Source: Octopus sinensis
Taxonomy: Eukaryota
Length of the DNA: 64,000 bases
Direction of reading: 5' to 3'
NCBI RefSeq assembly: GCF_006345805.1
Contig: NC_043013.1
Span: 2,356,001 to 2,420,000, forward strand
In this document: positions 1 through 14,071 of the stretch, piece by piece
Layout: each line of letters begins with the position of its first letter
How positions within the stretch are numbered: position 1 is the first letter of the stretch
Position numbers and translations under genes: made by a program
The notes under the pieces: model-generated
Databases searched by the model: none
The model's input: the letters and a program-made list of their open reading frames with translations, nothing else
Told to the model about the DNA's origin: nothing

Positions 1-158
1 GTTCTTTTGAGATCTTTGACACTGCAGCTTCTGCCAACTGATGTAAACCATTCCGCTCCATTTCAGACTCTTTCAGCTCACTTTTGATTTTGCTATCAGG
101 TAATCGTTGTTGTGGCAACGGTGCCAGAGACACGTTTGGTGTGAAGTGGCGTTCATAC
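1..158 (-). CDS. SKI: Ski/SnoN-family gene, downstream-most exon in window (continues past window start): (R)YERHFTPNVSLAPLPQQRLPDSKIKSELKESEMERNGLHQLAEAAVSKISKE
   Basis: Minus-strand acceptor ttattacag|G at 159-160. Open frame to the window edge. Phase-2 join with exon 2040-2129 (AG|G = Arg). PNVSLAP matches the PNVALAP motif of vertebrate Ski. Confidence 0.9.
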
Positions 159-642
159 CTGTAATAAATATTATGTGTGTGTATATAAAGATTAATGCTA
201 AAAACAATACATGTGAATGTCTACAGATAGATATTTATATATAATTGTTTTAGCAGAAAGGTAACCCTGTTCAAGCAGACTTGTCTTTAGAAGTATTCCA
301 GCAGTGAATATACCATATATTGGGACTTCTCTGTTCAGTGTTCATTACTTTTTTTTCTTTTTTTTTTACCAGAAGAATTTAGTAACATAATTAAGTCATT
401 TTAACCTGGTGTATAGAGCTTAAATTAAGATTTAATCTTTTGATAAAACCTTTTAATTCAAATCACTTTCAAAGCAAAACTTTGTACCATAGAACCAGGG
501 CAGTCTGTGCTAAGTTGGTATATAAAGGACTAAAACAATAAACGTGATTTGAGAGAAATTTGGCTACTATTTCTAACAGATCGAGCAACTGATTAGAGGC
601 TCCCCCCTCACTGATTTATATGTATAATAATTAGTGTGTGTA

Positions 643-860
643 AGGCAGTAAGTTAGCAGAATCGTTAGCATGCTGGGCAAAACGCTTAGCAACACTTCGT
701 CCATCTTTGTGTTCTGAGTTCAGATTCTGCTGAGGTTAGCTTAGCCATTCATCCTTTTGGGATCGATAGAATTAAGTAGCAGTTGATTGCCAGGGTCAAT
801 GTAATCAAATTACACACATCCTCTGAGATTGCTGGCCTTGTGCCAGAATTTGAAAGCAAT
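643..860 (+). mobile_element. tRNA-derived SINE family B copy (other copies 14933-15150 +, 42475-42697 -, 53375-53530 -, degenerate 7240-7440 +)
   Basis: Shared head ggc..gagctggcagaa.cgttagc, B-box-like gagttcaaattc and body gcctttcatcctttcggggtcgataaa..agtacc across copies. Confidence 0.85.
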
Positions 861-1610
861 ATTTAATGTGCGTAGTAAAGAAGGTTAACTTAAAAGCATA
901 ATTAATATCACAAGCTTGATCCTACTCGACAGTAATTTACGTAAATTGTTTTCCAACCATGACCTCAGCTAATGGTTGAACTAAAACATTGTGAGTGAAA
1001 TTGGAAACTCATTGAATGAATTGTTAATTTTTATCACTCATCATTCAGCTAGGTTGGCTTCAAGATTATTTTAGGAATACAAGCATCTGTGCAATACTCA
1101 ATCACTTATCCCACCCCCAACCCCTCTCTCTCTCTTCCCCACACACACACGCGTGTGTGTCGCTTTGTCTTGCACTGTGTGATGGATATAAACAAATGTT
1201 GCCATCATATGAGTGATGTCAGTTATTTCCAAACTTCCATGAAAGTATATCAGGTGACGGGGAAATATTACCTTGTTTTGAAACAAGGGTAGACAATGGG
1301 AAGGGCATCCAGCCGTAGAAACTTGTCATGATGAATTCCATCTGACCCGTGGAAAAATGTACACTAAAACAATGATGATGATGATGTGTGTGTGTGTGTG
1401 TGCCTTCAATATTTGAATACTAGCTTTTATTCATTTATACATAATACATACATGCATGTAGATGCATAGAGTTATGTGTGAATGCTAAAATGCTAATGCA
1501 TACATACACAATGAAAGTTACATACGTACATACATAGATATACACACAAACTCAGGTATACAAATTCTCTCTCTCTTTCTCTCACACACACCCACACACA
1601 CTTGAATGTA

Positions 1611-1830
1611 TGAGGGGGTACTGAAAAGTTTCTGGCTTTAAGGGTATCATCGCAAAAGGCCTGGTTGGAGGCTTGACATTCCGAGTTCTTTTACAGGACT
1701 TAGAAAAACTAAAGGATCGCTGCAAGAAGTGTGTTAATCTGAGAAAGGAATCTATTGGATAAAATCATGATTAACTGAGCCTCTTGTATTTTCTTTTACT
1801 CAAAGCCAGGAACTTTTTAGCCCTTCCTTG
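1611..1830. mobile_element. Mariner-like MITE
   Basis: Imperfect TIRs gagggggtactgaaaagtttctggcttt / aaagccaggaactttttagcccttcc. TA on the left flank. Confidence 0.7.
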
Positions 1831-2039
1831 AACACAGACACAGTTCTTGTGCAAACAGAGTCCAACACCAAAAAAAGGGAATCTCCCATCTGACTCTTCA
1901 CCAACACCACCCTACATCTAGTTTCCATCCATGCCAATCACTTCACAATCCCACACCTACCCAATCAAATACAAGAACAAAAACAAGATAACGTTTCAAA
2001 AACCAGAGTATATGTGGAAAAGTCCTGTCAGTTAATTAC

Positions 2040-2129
2040 CTTGCTGATTCCGAATGGGGTATCACACGTTCCGGGTGGAGTAAAACAGGTGGCCCAGTCT
2101 GTAGATAGGAGGGCAATGACCGAGGCAAG
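2040..2129 (-). CDS. SKI: Ski-family internal exon, 90 nt, phase 2-2: (S)LPRSLPSYLQTGPPVLLHPERVIPHSESA(R)
   Basis: Acceptor tgtattacag| and donor |gtaatt. In frame with both neighbours, no stops. Confidence 0.88.
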
Positions 2130-3496
2130 CTGTAATACAACAGACTAAACATCAATGATAGATAGGAGAACTTGCAGTGAGAGATGGCTGTGTGTATTGC
2201 TGGGTGGATCTATTCTACTACTGGGTGGCTACTGGGTATGTGGGATGGATAGAGCACTATGGGATAAAAACAGTGGGGGAAAGTGTGATGCAGGGTGTCA
2301 GATTTGGCTAAGGTATGTGGAAGTTGATTTGGGGAAGACAAAGCTGCTATAGTATGGATTAGGGAGGTATGGTGGATGTATATAATGTATGGTTGTAAAT
2401 TACAGGTAGCTAACAGATGTCTGCATGTGTAATGTGTATGTGCATGTAAACGCATATATGAATATGTGTGTGTGGGCAGTGTGCATGTATGTGTATATGT
2501 ATGTGTACATTGTGTGTGTGTGTAAGAGCTGAGGCAACAGACCGTTATACAAGAAATCAGTGAGATAAAGGTGGCTGGATGCAGTGTTTGGTTAGTTCAG
2601 ACTTTCAGGAGAGAGAGAGAGAGAGTGACAACTAATTGGCTGACTATTTGGCTATCTCCAAGAAGGTGCAAGTGTGGTGAGTTGTTTACATGTGTGCAGT
2701 GGCTGAGAGAAGCCAAATCGCAAGAGATGAAGCAAGTTGTAGCATCTACTGTTCTGTTTCGGTTAATATCAACAATCAATCAAATATTCTTTTTATTTAT
2801 ATTCACATTCAATCATCACTAGGGACCAACAGGGGACACAGTAAACAAAAGACAAAAACATAAAGACTTATAGGTTGACAAAAACAGTACAACTGAGTAT
2901 AGCTATGAAAATACAACAGACATCCTCTACAGACATAACCAAAGATATGTAAATATGGCTAATAAATATTCCTCTCTCTATTTACCTATGCATGTGTGTA
3001 TGTATCTGTGTGTGTGTGAGAGAGAGAGAGGTGAAATTAAGGTTATTTTTATTGGCAAAAGCTAGTTTAAAGAATAACAACAACATTTACTGATAGAGTG
3101 ACTCAATATTCAGACTAGAGCAACGTTTATTGTACAATTTGTATTGACCGGGATCTAATGACCCGTTAACAGTTCAAGGAGATCTCAATTCGTATTCACA
3201 GTGCAGCTTGGTGCAGTCCTATCAAATTGTTCAGCTCCTGTCAACCCATGCCAGCATGGAAGACAGGCATTAAATGATGATATACATGTGTGTGTGTGTG
3301 TGTATATATATTGCTTAGGTATTGCAAAACTAATAACCTGGTGTACAACTCAATATACATATGTTTCAGAACAAAGTGTTACAAGAGTATAGAGAAGTAA
3401 TTTGCAAAAGAGCTGACACACAAAAGATGAGTTACGTTATGAACTTCATAGCATAGTCATCATTTTTCCTGTGTCCTATCTTTTTCTTTATAAGTA

Positions 3497-3533
<37 letters not shown>

Positions 3534-5444
3534 TTAAAGAAGTTGCTTTAGAATGGCTAAGGTTCAATCAAACTGCATGGATGCTGTTGACAAAAAGTGT
3601 CTGTGTGTCACCCTCATCTTCATACGCACATTCTGATCATAATCAAAAGCTTTCAACATCTGTACAGACAAGATTGTTTTCCTTGCAGTCATCCCATAAA
3701 AACCATGTCCAAACTGTTCGTTGTTTGACAGACTGGAGAAATTATTACCTTGTTAGGAAACAAGCAAGGGTTTCTGCCAGAAAGGGCATACAGCCAGGCA
3801 CAATTATGGCACAAAGAATTCATATTCGATGATACTTGTAAGCATGTAGAAGCAGACATTACAATGATGATGATAAGTCAGGTGTATATGCTATTGTCAC
3901 CATTTTTAATGTCCATTTTTCCAAATTTGCATGGGTCTGACAGAATTCATTAAGACAGATCTTTCATTAGCCAGATGCTGTTCTGGTCACTAACCTTTGC
4001 TGCTTCCAAGCAAAGTAATATTTCCCCACGGTCCAACATCTTTTTACTTGTCTGACAGTGATATCAAGATAAGGAATCACAATCGCACATACATGTATAC
4101 GGTGGACTTCTTTCAGTTCCTGTCTCCTATCAGATCCATTCACAAGGCAGCAAAGGGCGATAGAAAAAAGACACTTGTGTAAGGGCTCATAAAGCGGGAC
4201 TGAACCCCTAACCATACAGTTAGGAAACAGACTTCTTAACCACAAAGCCATGTTTGTGCTTATATAAAATATATATACAATAGAGATGTAGAAGAGGGAT
4301 AAATGTAGAAATAGTAACATATTCACGTTCACATACACTTAGATTTTCTCATGACATATTCAGCCATGAGAAAGAGATCAAAGCTTCGAATTCAATCACT
4401 GAAATTAAACTTCAGAATGTTGAGGCGACAACATTGGCCCTGTCAGCAGTGAAAGAGAGGGATCTCTACATGAATACAAAACAACTGAATGAGATGGGTT
4501 TATATGTTTGTGTGTGTGTGTGTTGCTAAGGATGGACCTAAATGAATTCATGTATCTAGATCAGATGTGAGAATTGTTTATGAAAATAACTGAATATGTG
4601 AGTGTTTGTGTTTGCATAGAAATCATATGAAATGTTTGTTTGTTTTGCTTCTTTCTTTTCTATTGTGAAGATAAACAAGGTTATGTAACACTTTTGATCC
4701 ATAGATTGTGTCATATTTGTATAAGTTTAACAGACACAGCTAACACATACAGTATGAAGCTGTGATCTTTTCTGCAAGAAAACAACTCTAAATTGAACTT
4801 CCCCTTTCACTCTCCCGCCTTCCCCAAGTATTCTCTACACTGGCAAGGAGTATTATATGAAATCAGCTACCAAAGTCAAGCTACCCAAGGTGTGGTACCA
4901 GCTACGACTTAGGTGAAAGAGTGTATATAGAGCCAATAGGTCAAAACAGATCTGCCAATTTCTGTGAGCAGTCATTCATCAATCTAATGTGCCCTCATAT
5001 AAAGGTGGCATGCACCAACGTTTACTTGACCTGAGATTGAACAGAAGGCACAATGTTATTGCAGTTACTAGCTTTCGAAACAATACGTGTGTGTGTGTTG
5101 TAAAGGCACATGGCCTAGTGGTTAAGGTGTTGCACTCATGATTGCAAGGTTGTGGTTTCGATTCCCAGACTAGGCAGTGCATCATGTCTTTGAGCAAAAA
5201 GCACCTCACTGCACATTGCTCTGCAATCCCTTCGACATCTGATGTGAGCTGCATGCATTATGCACCCATACAAACAATGTCGATTTGATGGAGGGAGGGA
5301 GGGTGGGAGTAATGTACAGCACTTATAATGTAATCACTAGAAACAAATTACCTCTGAGGTTGTTCAGTAAGGAATTGCAGCAGAACCTTTATCTGTTTTC
5401 TAACAGGAGAATCCATACTATATATGTCTATATCTATCTATCTA

Positions 5445-5481
<37 letters not shown>

Positions 5482-6084
5482 TCACACACACATTCATATC
5501 TACATGCAGCTAATATTCTACGAGGTGTGGTGGTATGTGTGAGTGGACGCTAAATGATATATATATATATATCTTAGTACATGATACACTGGAGCAAGAT
5601 GTGAGTCCTTCAACAAGCTGAATCCTGTCAAACCATCCAATCCATGCCAGAGTGAAAAGCAACATGATATAACGATAAATAATGGTGGTGGTATGCGCAA
5701 AAACACACACAAACACACAGAAAACATATACAGTCGTTCGATTGGCTGAACTAGCAGGATCGTTGAATGCATGCATAGTGTTTGAGTATTTCCACAGACA
5801 GATGTATCCTTAACATAATTCGCAAATGCAGTTGGCAAAACAGTGTGTGACAAGGCTGGACCTTTGAACTACAGAACTACAATACAGCCAAACGGTTTCT
5901 ATACCACTGTTGCTACGGTCTGCCCAGTTTCAGTCTAATGATATGGGCCAACCCAAGGCTACGGGACATAACACCTGCCCAAGATGACACACAGAAAATG
6001 AACTATATATATATGCATGTATATATGTGTGCGTATATATATACACACAAATACAACATGTTAAAACACAGCCTCAATCGAACC

Positions 6085-6413
6085 CAGGGTTTTCTCAACC
6101 ATTTTTTATCTAGGGTCCCCCTTGGATTCCTATTTTATTTCGGTGACCCCCCCCCTCTCCCTTAGCTATTTGATATTTAAAAACTAGTTTTATAGAAACG
6201 TCTTTCAAAATTCTTATTTTGTTCTTCACACATACACTTACGTAAGCTGAACTCTGTAAAACATTTGAGAAAGAAACCTAACCGTTTCTTGCAATATATA
6301 CCAATACACACATCTAAAGCAAATACTCTTATGAATCCCCAATTTAGTATTTTGTGGCATGGACCCCCCCAAAGAAATCTTATATGGATCCTCAGGAGCC
6401 AATGAGAACCCTG
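6085..6413. mobile_element. hAT-like MITE, same family as 58124-58461 in the opposite orientation
   Basis: Termini cagggttttctca...tgagaaccctg. The internal sequence aligns with the reverse complement of 58124-58461. Confidence 0.8.
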
Positions 6414-6508
6414 ATTGAAAACTACCCATCTAACCTATGCTAGCATAGAAAAAATGGGCATAGAACAAACAAGCAAATACACACACTATATAATAAAGTA
6501 TATACATA

Positions 6509-6541
<33 letters not shown>

Positions 6542-6663
6542 TTATACATACATATATATATATGTACTCACACACACATTCATATCTACATGCAACTAAT
6601 ATTCTACGAGGTGTGGTGGTGGTATGTGTGAGTGGGAGTTTACCATCAAATTTAAGCACTTAC

Positions 6664-6863
6664 CTATCACGCATGATGTTAGGGGGCTGGGGTAAGTATT
6701 TGTTATCTTTCAGGGCAGTGATGAGACTCTGGGGCCACGCTGAGTACGCTGACACCGGAGCCATTGTTGGTTGTGCTGAATGGTGCGGGGACCATGGTGA
6801 AACTTGACTGGTTGGGCTTTCTTCGCTCTTCACACGTTTGCTATGTAACCAGTCATCAGAACT
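6664..6863 (-). CDS. SKI: Ski-family internal exon, 200 nt, phase 0-2: SSDDWLHSKRVKSEESPTSQVSPWSPHHSAQPTMAPVSAYSAWPQSLITALKDNKYLPQPPNIMRD(S)
   Basis: Acceptor ttttctgtctttccag| and donor |gtaagt. SAYSAWP and PNIMRDS resemble Ski SAFRPWSP and PALIRDS. Lies inside track ORF 6660..6893(-). Confidence 0.88.
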
Positions 6864-9800
6864 CTGGAAAGACAGAAAACAGATTAAGGTCATTAAGGAT
6901 TCCTGGTCAAGAGTAAAAGGGGTGGTGCCTGTTGAGAAGAGGATGCTGTGATGATGATAGTGTTGGTGGTGGTTGTTGTAGTGGTGGTGGTAGCAGCAGT
7001 GGGTGGTAGTGGTGGTGGTGGTGGTTATGATGTGGTGATTTTTGATGACAGTGGCAATGGTAGTGATGGTTTTGATGATGAAAAAGAGGATGACAAGATT
7101 GTGGTGGTGTTAGTTGTATTGGTGGTGGTGGTGGTGGTGGTGATAACGATGATAGCATTGACAATATTAAATGTATCAACAGATATAATTAAGGTGAGGG
7201 GTTTATTTAAATAAATAGTATATAATGAGGCAAGCAAGTATGAGCAGAATCAGTGGAGCTCCGGGCGAAATACACTGCAGTATTTGTGTCCATTAACATT
7301 CTATGTTTGAAAAACCTATCTCACTTGACTTTAATCATTCATCCTTCCCGTGGCCAATAAAAGACCGAGATCAATATAATCGACTGTAGCATGTCCCCTC
7401 CCTAAACTATGCGACCTCATGCCTATATAAGGAATCAATAATTTTTATACCCTGTATAAACAGCAATGATCTTTTCAAGTGCAACACCATGTCAGAATTA
7501 CCATGAAACGGAGCTTATTCAACAAAATCAACCACAAGAACTGGACTCTAAGAACAAAAGACAAGAGCCAACTGCAGAATGTAAAGAAAATGCAACTGGA
7601 TACCACAAAACATCTTGTCCAGCAATTAACCGATTCCGCCATACACCATTCTCCTACAGATCATTCTGACTTTCTACCTGAGTAACAAACATGTAGATCT
7701 TCCACAAAAAAACTGTTTGCCCCTTCCTCCTTCCCTTCTTTCATACTTTAACCTCTCATCTCCTCACATGACCCACCTGGGTTTTGAAGTTTCGCAAACT
7801 GCATGGCAACATTACAAGCGCTAACGCCAAAAAAAAATAATAATAAGCGTCCAGTACATGCTGGTTGGCGTTAGGAAGGGCATCCAGCCATAGAAACCAT
7901 GCCACAGCAGACATTTGAGCACAATGTGGTCCTTAGACTCATCGATCCCAGTCAAACCATTCGAGCCATGCCAGTAGGGAACACAGGCATTAAATGATGA
8001 TGTCTTTGGACAACCATATTTCAGACAAAAATATGAAAACTGCAACATACATAAGAAAAACAAACAGTTCAATAACAAAAGAGAAGGTTAGCAGCAGGAT
8101 GACAGATTACAGCCTTGTCCCATCAAAGGAAGCACTGGACTCAGTTGACCGTTTGATCCTTACAAGACATGCTATCAACTATTTCTTGTAAGCTTCACAA
8201 AATTTACAAAATCCTAGCTAACTGCATTTCCATGTCTAAGTTCTGTTGTATGTTGGCCACATTTAAAACCATTCTTTTCTGTGCATCACCTGTCATACAT
8301 ACAGTACTAAATGATTTACTCAATCTTTTCTCACTACACCTGCAGCTCTCTACGGATCCCTTTTAATCCATGTTATTTCTCTACTTTCAAAGTAAACTCA
8401 ATGAAATTATCTCAATCCGTAAGTCTAAAGGGCTCTAGTACAGCTATGGATACTGCTTTCTTATCACATAAAATAAACAATCAAAGACTATCTTCAGATG
8501 CTTTATATGCACATCAACAACTAGAGCCTCTTACTGCTTGATATGCAAGAAAGGCATAGAAACAGGAGTATAAATTTGTAGAGATGAATGACTGTCCCTG
8601 CTGTCAAATTCAGATACAGTACTGTCCAACATACAAGGCGAATTTTTCAGACAAAAATGTACAACCAAAGCAAGCAGGTAATCTTAAACACCAAGATGAC
8701 TTTTGAGGACTAAAAATTCCATGTGAAATACAGCAGGAAAGATAGACATGTTTAAATGTTTACACTAAGTACAATGTCAACTTGTATAGTAGAAAATATG
8801 GTTCACAGATATCACTTCCTCACAATGTACAAGGTGTTAATTCATTTATACTGTTTTAAATTTACAATAATTTAGCACCACATACAGTGTGTGTGTGTGT
8901 GTGTGTGTGTGTACATTTGGAGTGAAGAGTCACATTTTGTGAATTACAAATAAGAAAATGTAATTAAAACAAACTCATTAAACTTTTAGATCATTCTGCG
9001 ACTTTTGGGCCACCCTGTAATTAAAATAGGAACTTTTGAGTATTCAGGTATTTTGGAGATATCTCACGGAATGATGACCATTATGGGTTGCTCTTTCGCA
9101 AGGCATAGCACCCATTCAGCTACCCTGCCATGGATATGGTGAAGTCATGGGACTGCAGCATGGCAGCTTGTGAAGGAGTAGTGGAAGAGTTCAAATGAGC
9201 AGAGGAATCTGAGAAGATTGACCGTCAGGAGACACCAAGCTCTATCCATAGGGGTGGCGTCCATGGCTGTATAAATCAACTAGTGATTCACTATGACTCA
9301 AGTTTCCAATTCAAATTCATAAAAATGGAATTGGTTGGTGACAGAGGGGTTCGTGGGAATCTGTAAACGCAGCACGACCAAAGAAGAAGTCCGGAACTTC
9401 AACTCTTCTTCTTTTCCATCATCTGACAATCAATTGCTCAATGCAATTGGTAGGTTATAAATATCCAGGTCACTTATAGATATTTGGTTGGTCGTAGACA
9501 TTCAATCATTTACAAAGACATACCAGTGTATCTGACTGCCCAATGGTAAGTATCAATAGTACAAATCAATAAACAATGGTATCAGCAACAGACACGATTC
9601 GGAGCTTTGTCTTTACTAAGTCACTAATACTAATAAAACAACTTAACTATTGCTTTTCAATCTGATGGTGTACCAGAGTAATTTTTCCTGGTAGTATATT
9701 TCCTGAAATATGCTAGTTTCCTATACCTTTGCATGTACATATTGTACACCTACCAAGTGATTCTCTCATCACTAGCTTGGCAATTACAATGAATCTTAAG

Positions 9801-10305
9801 CCTTGCTGAGGAGTTCTAATAAGACTGAAACATATCAGGAGCTGTCTACTGTACTTGCTAGAATAATTTACATAATATTAGCCATTGACTAATGTTGTCT
9901 TCCTTGATGACAATTATTTCTAATTATAAGTACTAGAAGACACAGCCTAAGGTACTGATTGGTGGGATTGAACCTGGAGTCATATAGCTGCAAAATGAAT
10001 TTCTTAAACACACAACCACAACTGTGCACGTAACCATTACTATCACAACTATAAAAACTGCTACCACAACCATTGCAGGCAGCACCACTACCACTATTAC
10101 TACTACTGTTATTGCTGGCGGCAGAGAAGAAGGAATAGAGCCAGACAGAAAAATGCCCTACAGGTATTTAGTCTTACAGGTATATAAATTCCTAGCAGAC
10201 CAGCTGTACCTGTCATCAATCCATCCATCCTTGTACTTGGGGTGGAGTCAATCAACTATATTCCTTCTTTAAGAATGTCTGGCCTTCTGCCAATGTCAGA
10301 AAATG

Positions 10306-10337
<32 letters not shown>

Positions 10338-10685
10338 AGCAATACCTGATTTAGGCATGAGCCAAGCAAGCTACTGCTAGGGGCCACAAGATCTACAGGG
10401 GTCTCAAAATAATTAAAACCCATATATGTTTCCCTTTTTTTTTAGTGAGATTTTCAGGTGTATTTTTTTTTAAATGGCCTCCAAGCTTTATATAGCTTAG
10501 GGTCTCACCAAGTTAATTCAGGCACTGACTGCAAACACACCACCACCACCACCACTACTTCTACTGCTAATACTACAAGAACAACAAACGTTACTATTGT
10601 GACTAGTAATATTACTACTATTGCCACCACAACTAAAACTTAGTTTCACAGCTAAGATTATCCATGCTGCTGCTACTATTACAAA

Positions 10686-10719
<34 letters not shown>

Positions 10720-10892
10720 GAAACACTATTTTCTACAGTTGAATGTGCACTGCTACAACAATCAATCACCAGTGTCACCATTATACACACAGGCACATTA
10801 TTTCAACTAACCTAGCAGTATAATACAACACCATAAGAACTACCAACGTTGCTACTACTGCTACTACTTCCCCTCTGCATCTCTTGATATAA

Positions 10893-10923
<31 letters not shown>

Positions 10924-11219
10924 TATATATTAAAAATGGGGAGGGCCGGTTTAGGGGATAAGCTAAGGTTTCCTGTCCATAAAGGGTTTAACTTTACGGC
11001 ATATCGTCAGATCCCCAAAAACCTGTTGGCCCCAAGACCTCTTGAAAACATGGAGGGGGCATATTGCCTCACTACTAAAAGGTAACTTATTAAGAAATGT
11101 ATATATAGTAATACAACCAGCCGAGGCTTGAAGCACTACTGCTCTACACTATGAGAGTTACCCCCTACAATCAACACTGACTATTATTACTAGTGTCCCC
11201 ATGGCTACACACGCACGTG

Positions 11220-11278
<59 letters not shown>

Positions 11279-11452
11279 GCACACACAAATGTATATGTGT
11301 AGTAGAGTAGTAGTAATAGTAGCAGTGGTAGTGGTGGTGGTGGTAGAAGATATAGCTGTAATAGTCTGGATAGTGTGGAGTAATAGTACTTACGGTCATG
11401 GGTTAGTTGTATTAGTAGATATGCATACCTCTCTCTCTCTCTCTTTCTCTGC

Positions 11453-11484
<32 letters not shown>

Positions 11485-11728
11485 GAGAGCGAGGCAGTGA
11501 AACACCAGTACAATGACCTCACTCTCACCGCCACCACCACCAGAGTCAGAACTTACTACTGTCTCACACACACACACACACACATAAACACACACACACA
11601 CACACACACAGTCCATGAACTGGGTTACCAGCTACAATACCATAGTATTTTTAGTAAACAAGTAGCTTTACAGCAGCAGCGCCGCCACCACCGCCACCAC
11701 ACCACCACCAGCAATAGCAATCTGTATT

Positions 11729-11761
<33 letters not shown>

Positions 11762-12130
11762 CACACACATGTAACATTTCCAACCGTGTCATAACTTTTG
11801 AATCTTACAGTTCTAGCAGTGTGTGACATAGAAGCAAGAGAAATTGATAGAGAGAGAGAGAGGTGGGGGTGGGGAAGAAGTGATAAGTAGTCATAAGAGG
11901 AGGAGGAATGGGGGGTGACGAAGGAGGAGGGAAAGTGAGACTTGAACATAATCGATAAATTTTCACTTGGTCCCTCATTCCCACATTACTCGCAGCCGCA
12001 CTCACTCCACCTCACATCATCTGCAAAACACCCAATCACACAAAAGTGCTCTTTTAATACCTCTCTCCGTGTGTATGTACGTGTGTGCGCGTTGGCGTCA
12101 TATATATATATATATATATATAATAGTATT

Positions 12131-12484
12131 ACTCTTTTACTTGTTTCAGTCATTTGACTGCGGCCTGTGGAGCACCACCTTTTATTTTAGTACTTATTCT
12201 ATCGGTCTCTTTTTGCCGAACCGCTAAGTGACGGGGACGTAAACACACCAGCATCGGTTGTCAAGCAATGCTAGGGGAACAAACACAGACCAAACAAACA
12301 CACATATATATATACATATATACGACAGGCTTCTTTCAGTTTCCGTCTACCAAATCCACTCACAAGCATTGGTTGGCCCGGGGCTATAGTAGAAGACACT
12401 TGCCCAAGATGCCACGCAGTGGGACTGAACCCGGAACCATGTGGTTGGTTAGCAAGCTACTTACCACACAGCCACTCCTGCGCC
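12131..12484 (-). mobile_element. tRNA-derived SINE family A (the most abundant family here), with an internal deletion
   Basis: Head ggcgcaggagtggctgtgtggtaag with B-box ggttcagtccc, internal (TA/TG)n, tail gactgaaacaagtaaaagag. Confidence 0.9.
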
Positions 12485-12499
12485 TATATATATATATAA

Positions 12500-12537
<38 letters not shown>

Positions 12538-12539
12538 CA

Positions 12540-12776
12540 TACACATCTAATATATATAATAATAGTATATATATATATTTCATAAACATCAATATATATA
12601 TATATATAATAATATATATATACTATATACATAAACATCATATATATATATATATATATAATAGTATTATATATATATATATATATATATATAACATACA
12701 CATCATATATATATATAATTAGTATATATATATATATATATACATACACATCATATAGATATATATATAAATAGTA

Positions 12777-12808
<32 letters not shown>

Positions 12809-12870
12809 TATACATACACATCATATATATATATATATAAATAGTATATATATATATAATACATTACATA

Positions 12871-12916
<46 letters not shown>

Positions 12917-12954
12917 ATACACATACACATCATATATATATATATATAGAAATA

Positions 12955-12994
<40 letters not shown>

Positions 12995-13000
12995 CATATA
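12540..13000. repeat. Compound minisatellite: catacacatc(at)n...aatagt(at)n units
   Basis: About 6-7 recurrences of the two anchor words separated by variable (TA)n. Confidence 0.75.
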
Positions 13001-13224
13001 TGTATGTATATATATATACTATTTTTGGACATTTTTGTTGCTAATGAATGTGTAATAAAAGAGGAAGTTGGAAATTTATTGGTTTTATTTACCATAATAC
13101 GCGAATACATATAAATGTGTGTGTATATAAAATACGCGTATGTATGGGCATATATATAATGTATATATATACACATATATATAATGTATATATATATAAA
13201 TAATGTATATATATACATACATAT

Positions 13225-13622
13225 ACTCTTTTACTTGTTTCAGTCATTTGACTGCGGCCATGCTGGAGCACCGCCTTTAGTCGAGCAACTCAAACCCGGG
13301 ACTTATTCTTTTTGTAAGCCCAGTACTTATTCTATCGGTCTCTTTTTGCCGAACCGCTAAGTGACGGGGACGTAAACACACCAGCATCGGTTGTCAAGCA
13401 ATGCTAGGGGAACAAACACAGACACACAACACACACACATACATATATATATACATATATACGACAGGCTTCTTTCAGTTTCCGTTCTACCAAATCCACT
13501 CACAAGGCATTGGTCGGCCCGGGGCTATAGTAGAGACCACTTGCCCAAGATGCCACGCAGGGACTGAACCGGAACCTTGTGGTTGGTAAGCAAGCTACTT
13601 ACCACACAGCCACTCCTGCGCC
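13225..13622 (-). mobile_element. SINE family A, full length
   Basis: Complete head-to-tail match to the other copies, flanked by (TA)n. Confidence 0.92.
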
Positions 13623-13671
13623 TATATATATCTATATATAATGTATATATATATTACATATATATATATAT

Positions 13672-13751
<80 letters not shown>

Positions 13752-13752
13752 C

Positions 13753-13788
<36 letters not shown>

Positions 13789-13978
13789 ATACATATATAT
13801 ATATATAATACATATATATATATATATATAAATGTACACACGCATACATATATAGTATGAATATACATATATGTCTATATGTGTGTGTATATGTACATGC
13901 GTTAAACTAATACATCTTTTGTTGTTACACACCGTCTGTCTTGTTTTTTTTAAAAAATTCTCACTACTTATGTCTGTG

Positions 13979-14018
<40 letters not shown>

Positions 14019-14071
14019 ATGTGTGTGTGTAAATATATATGTACATATATATATGTGTGTGTGTATGTACA

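Noticed and set aside
6907-7237. Poly-Pro/His/Val/Thr ORFs beside the exon
   Set aside because: (GGT/GAT)n trinucleotide repeats in the intron.
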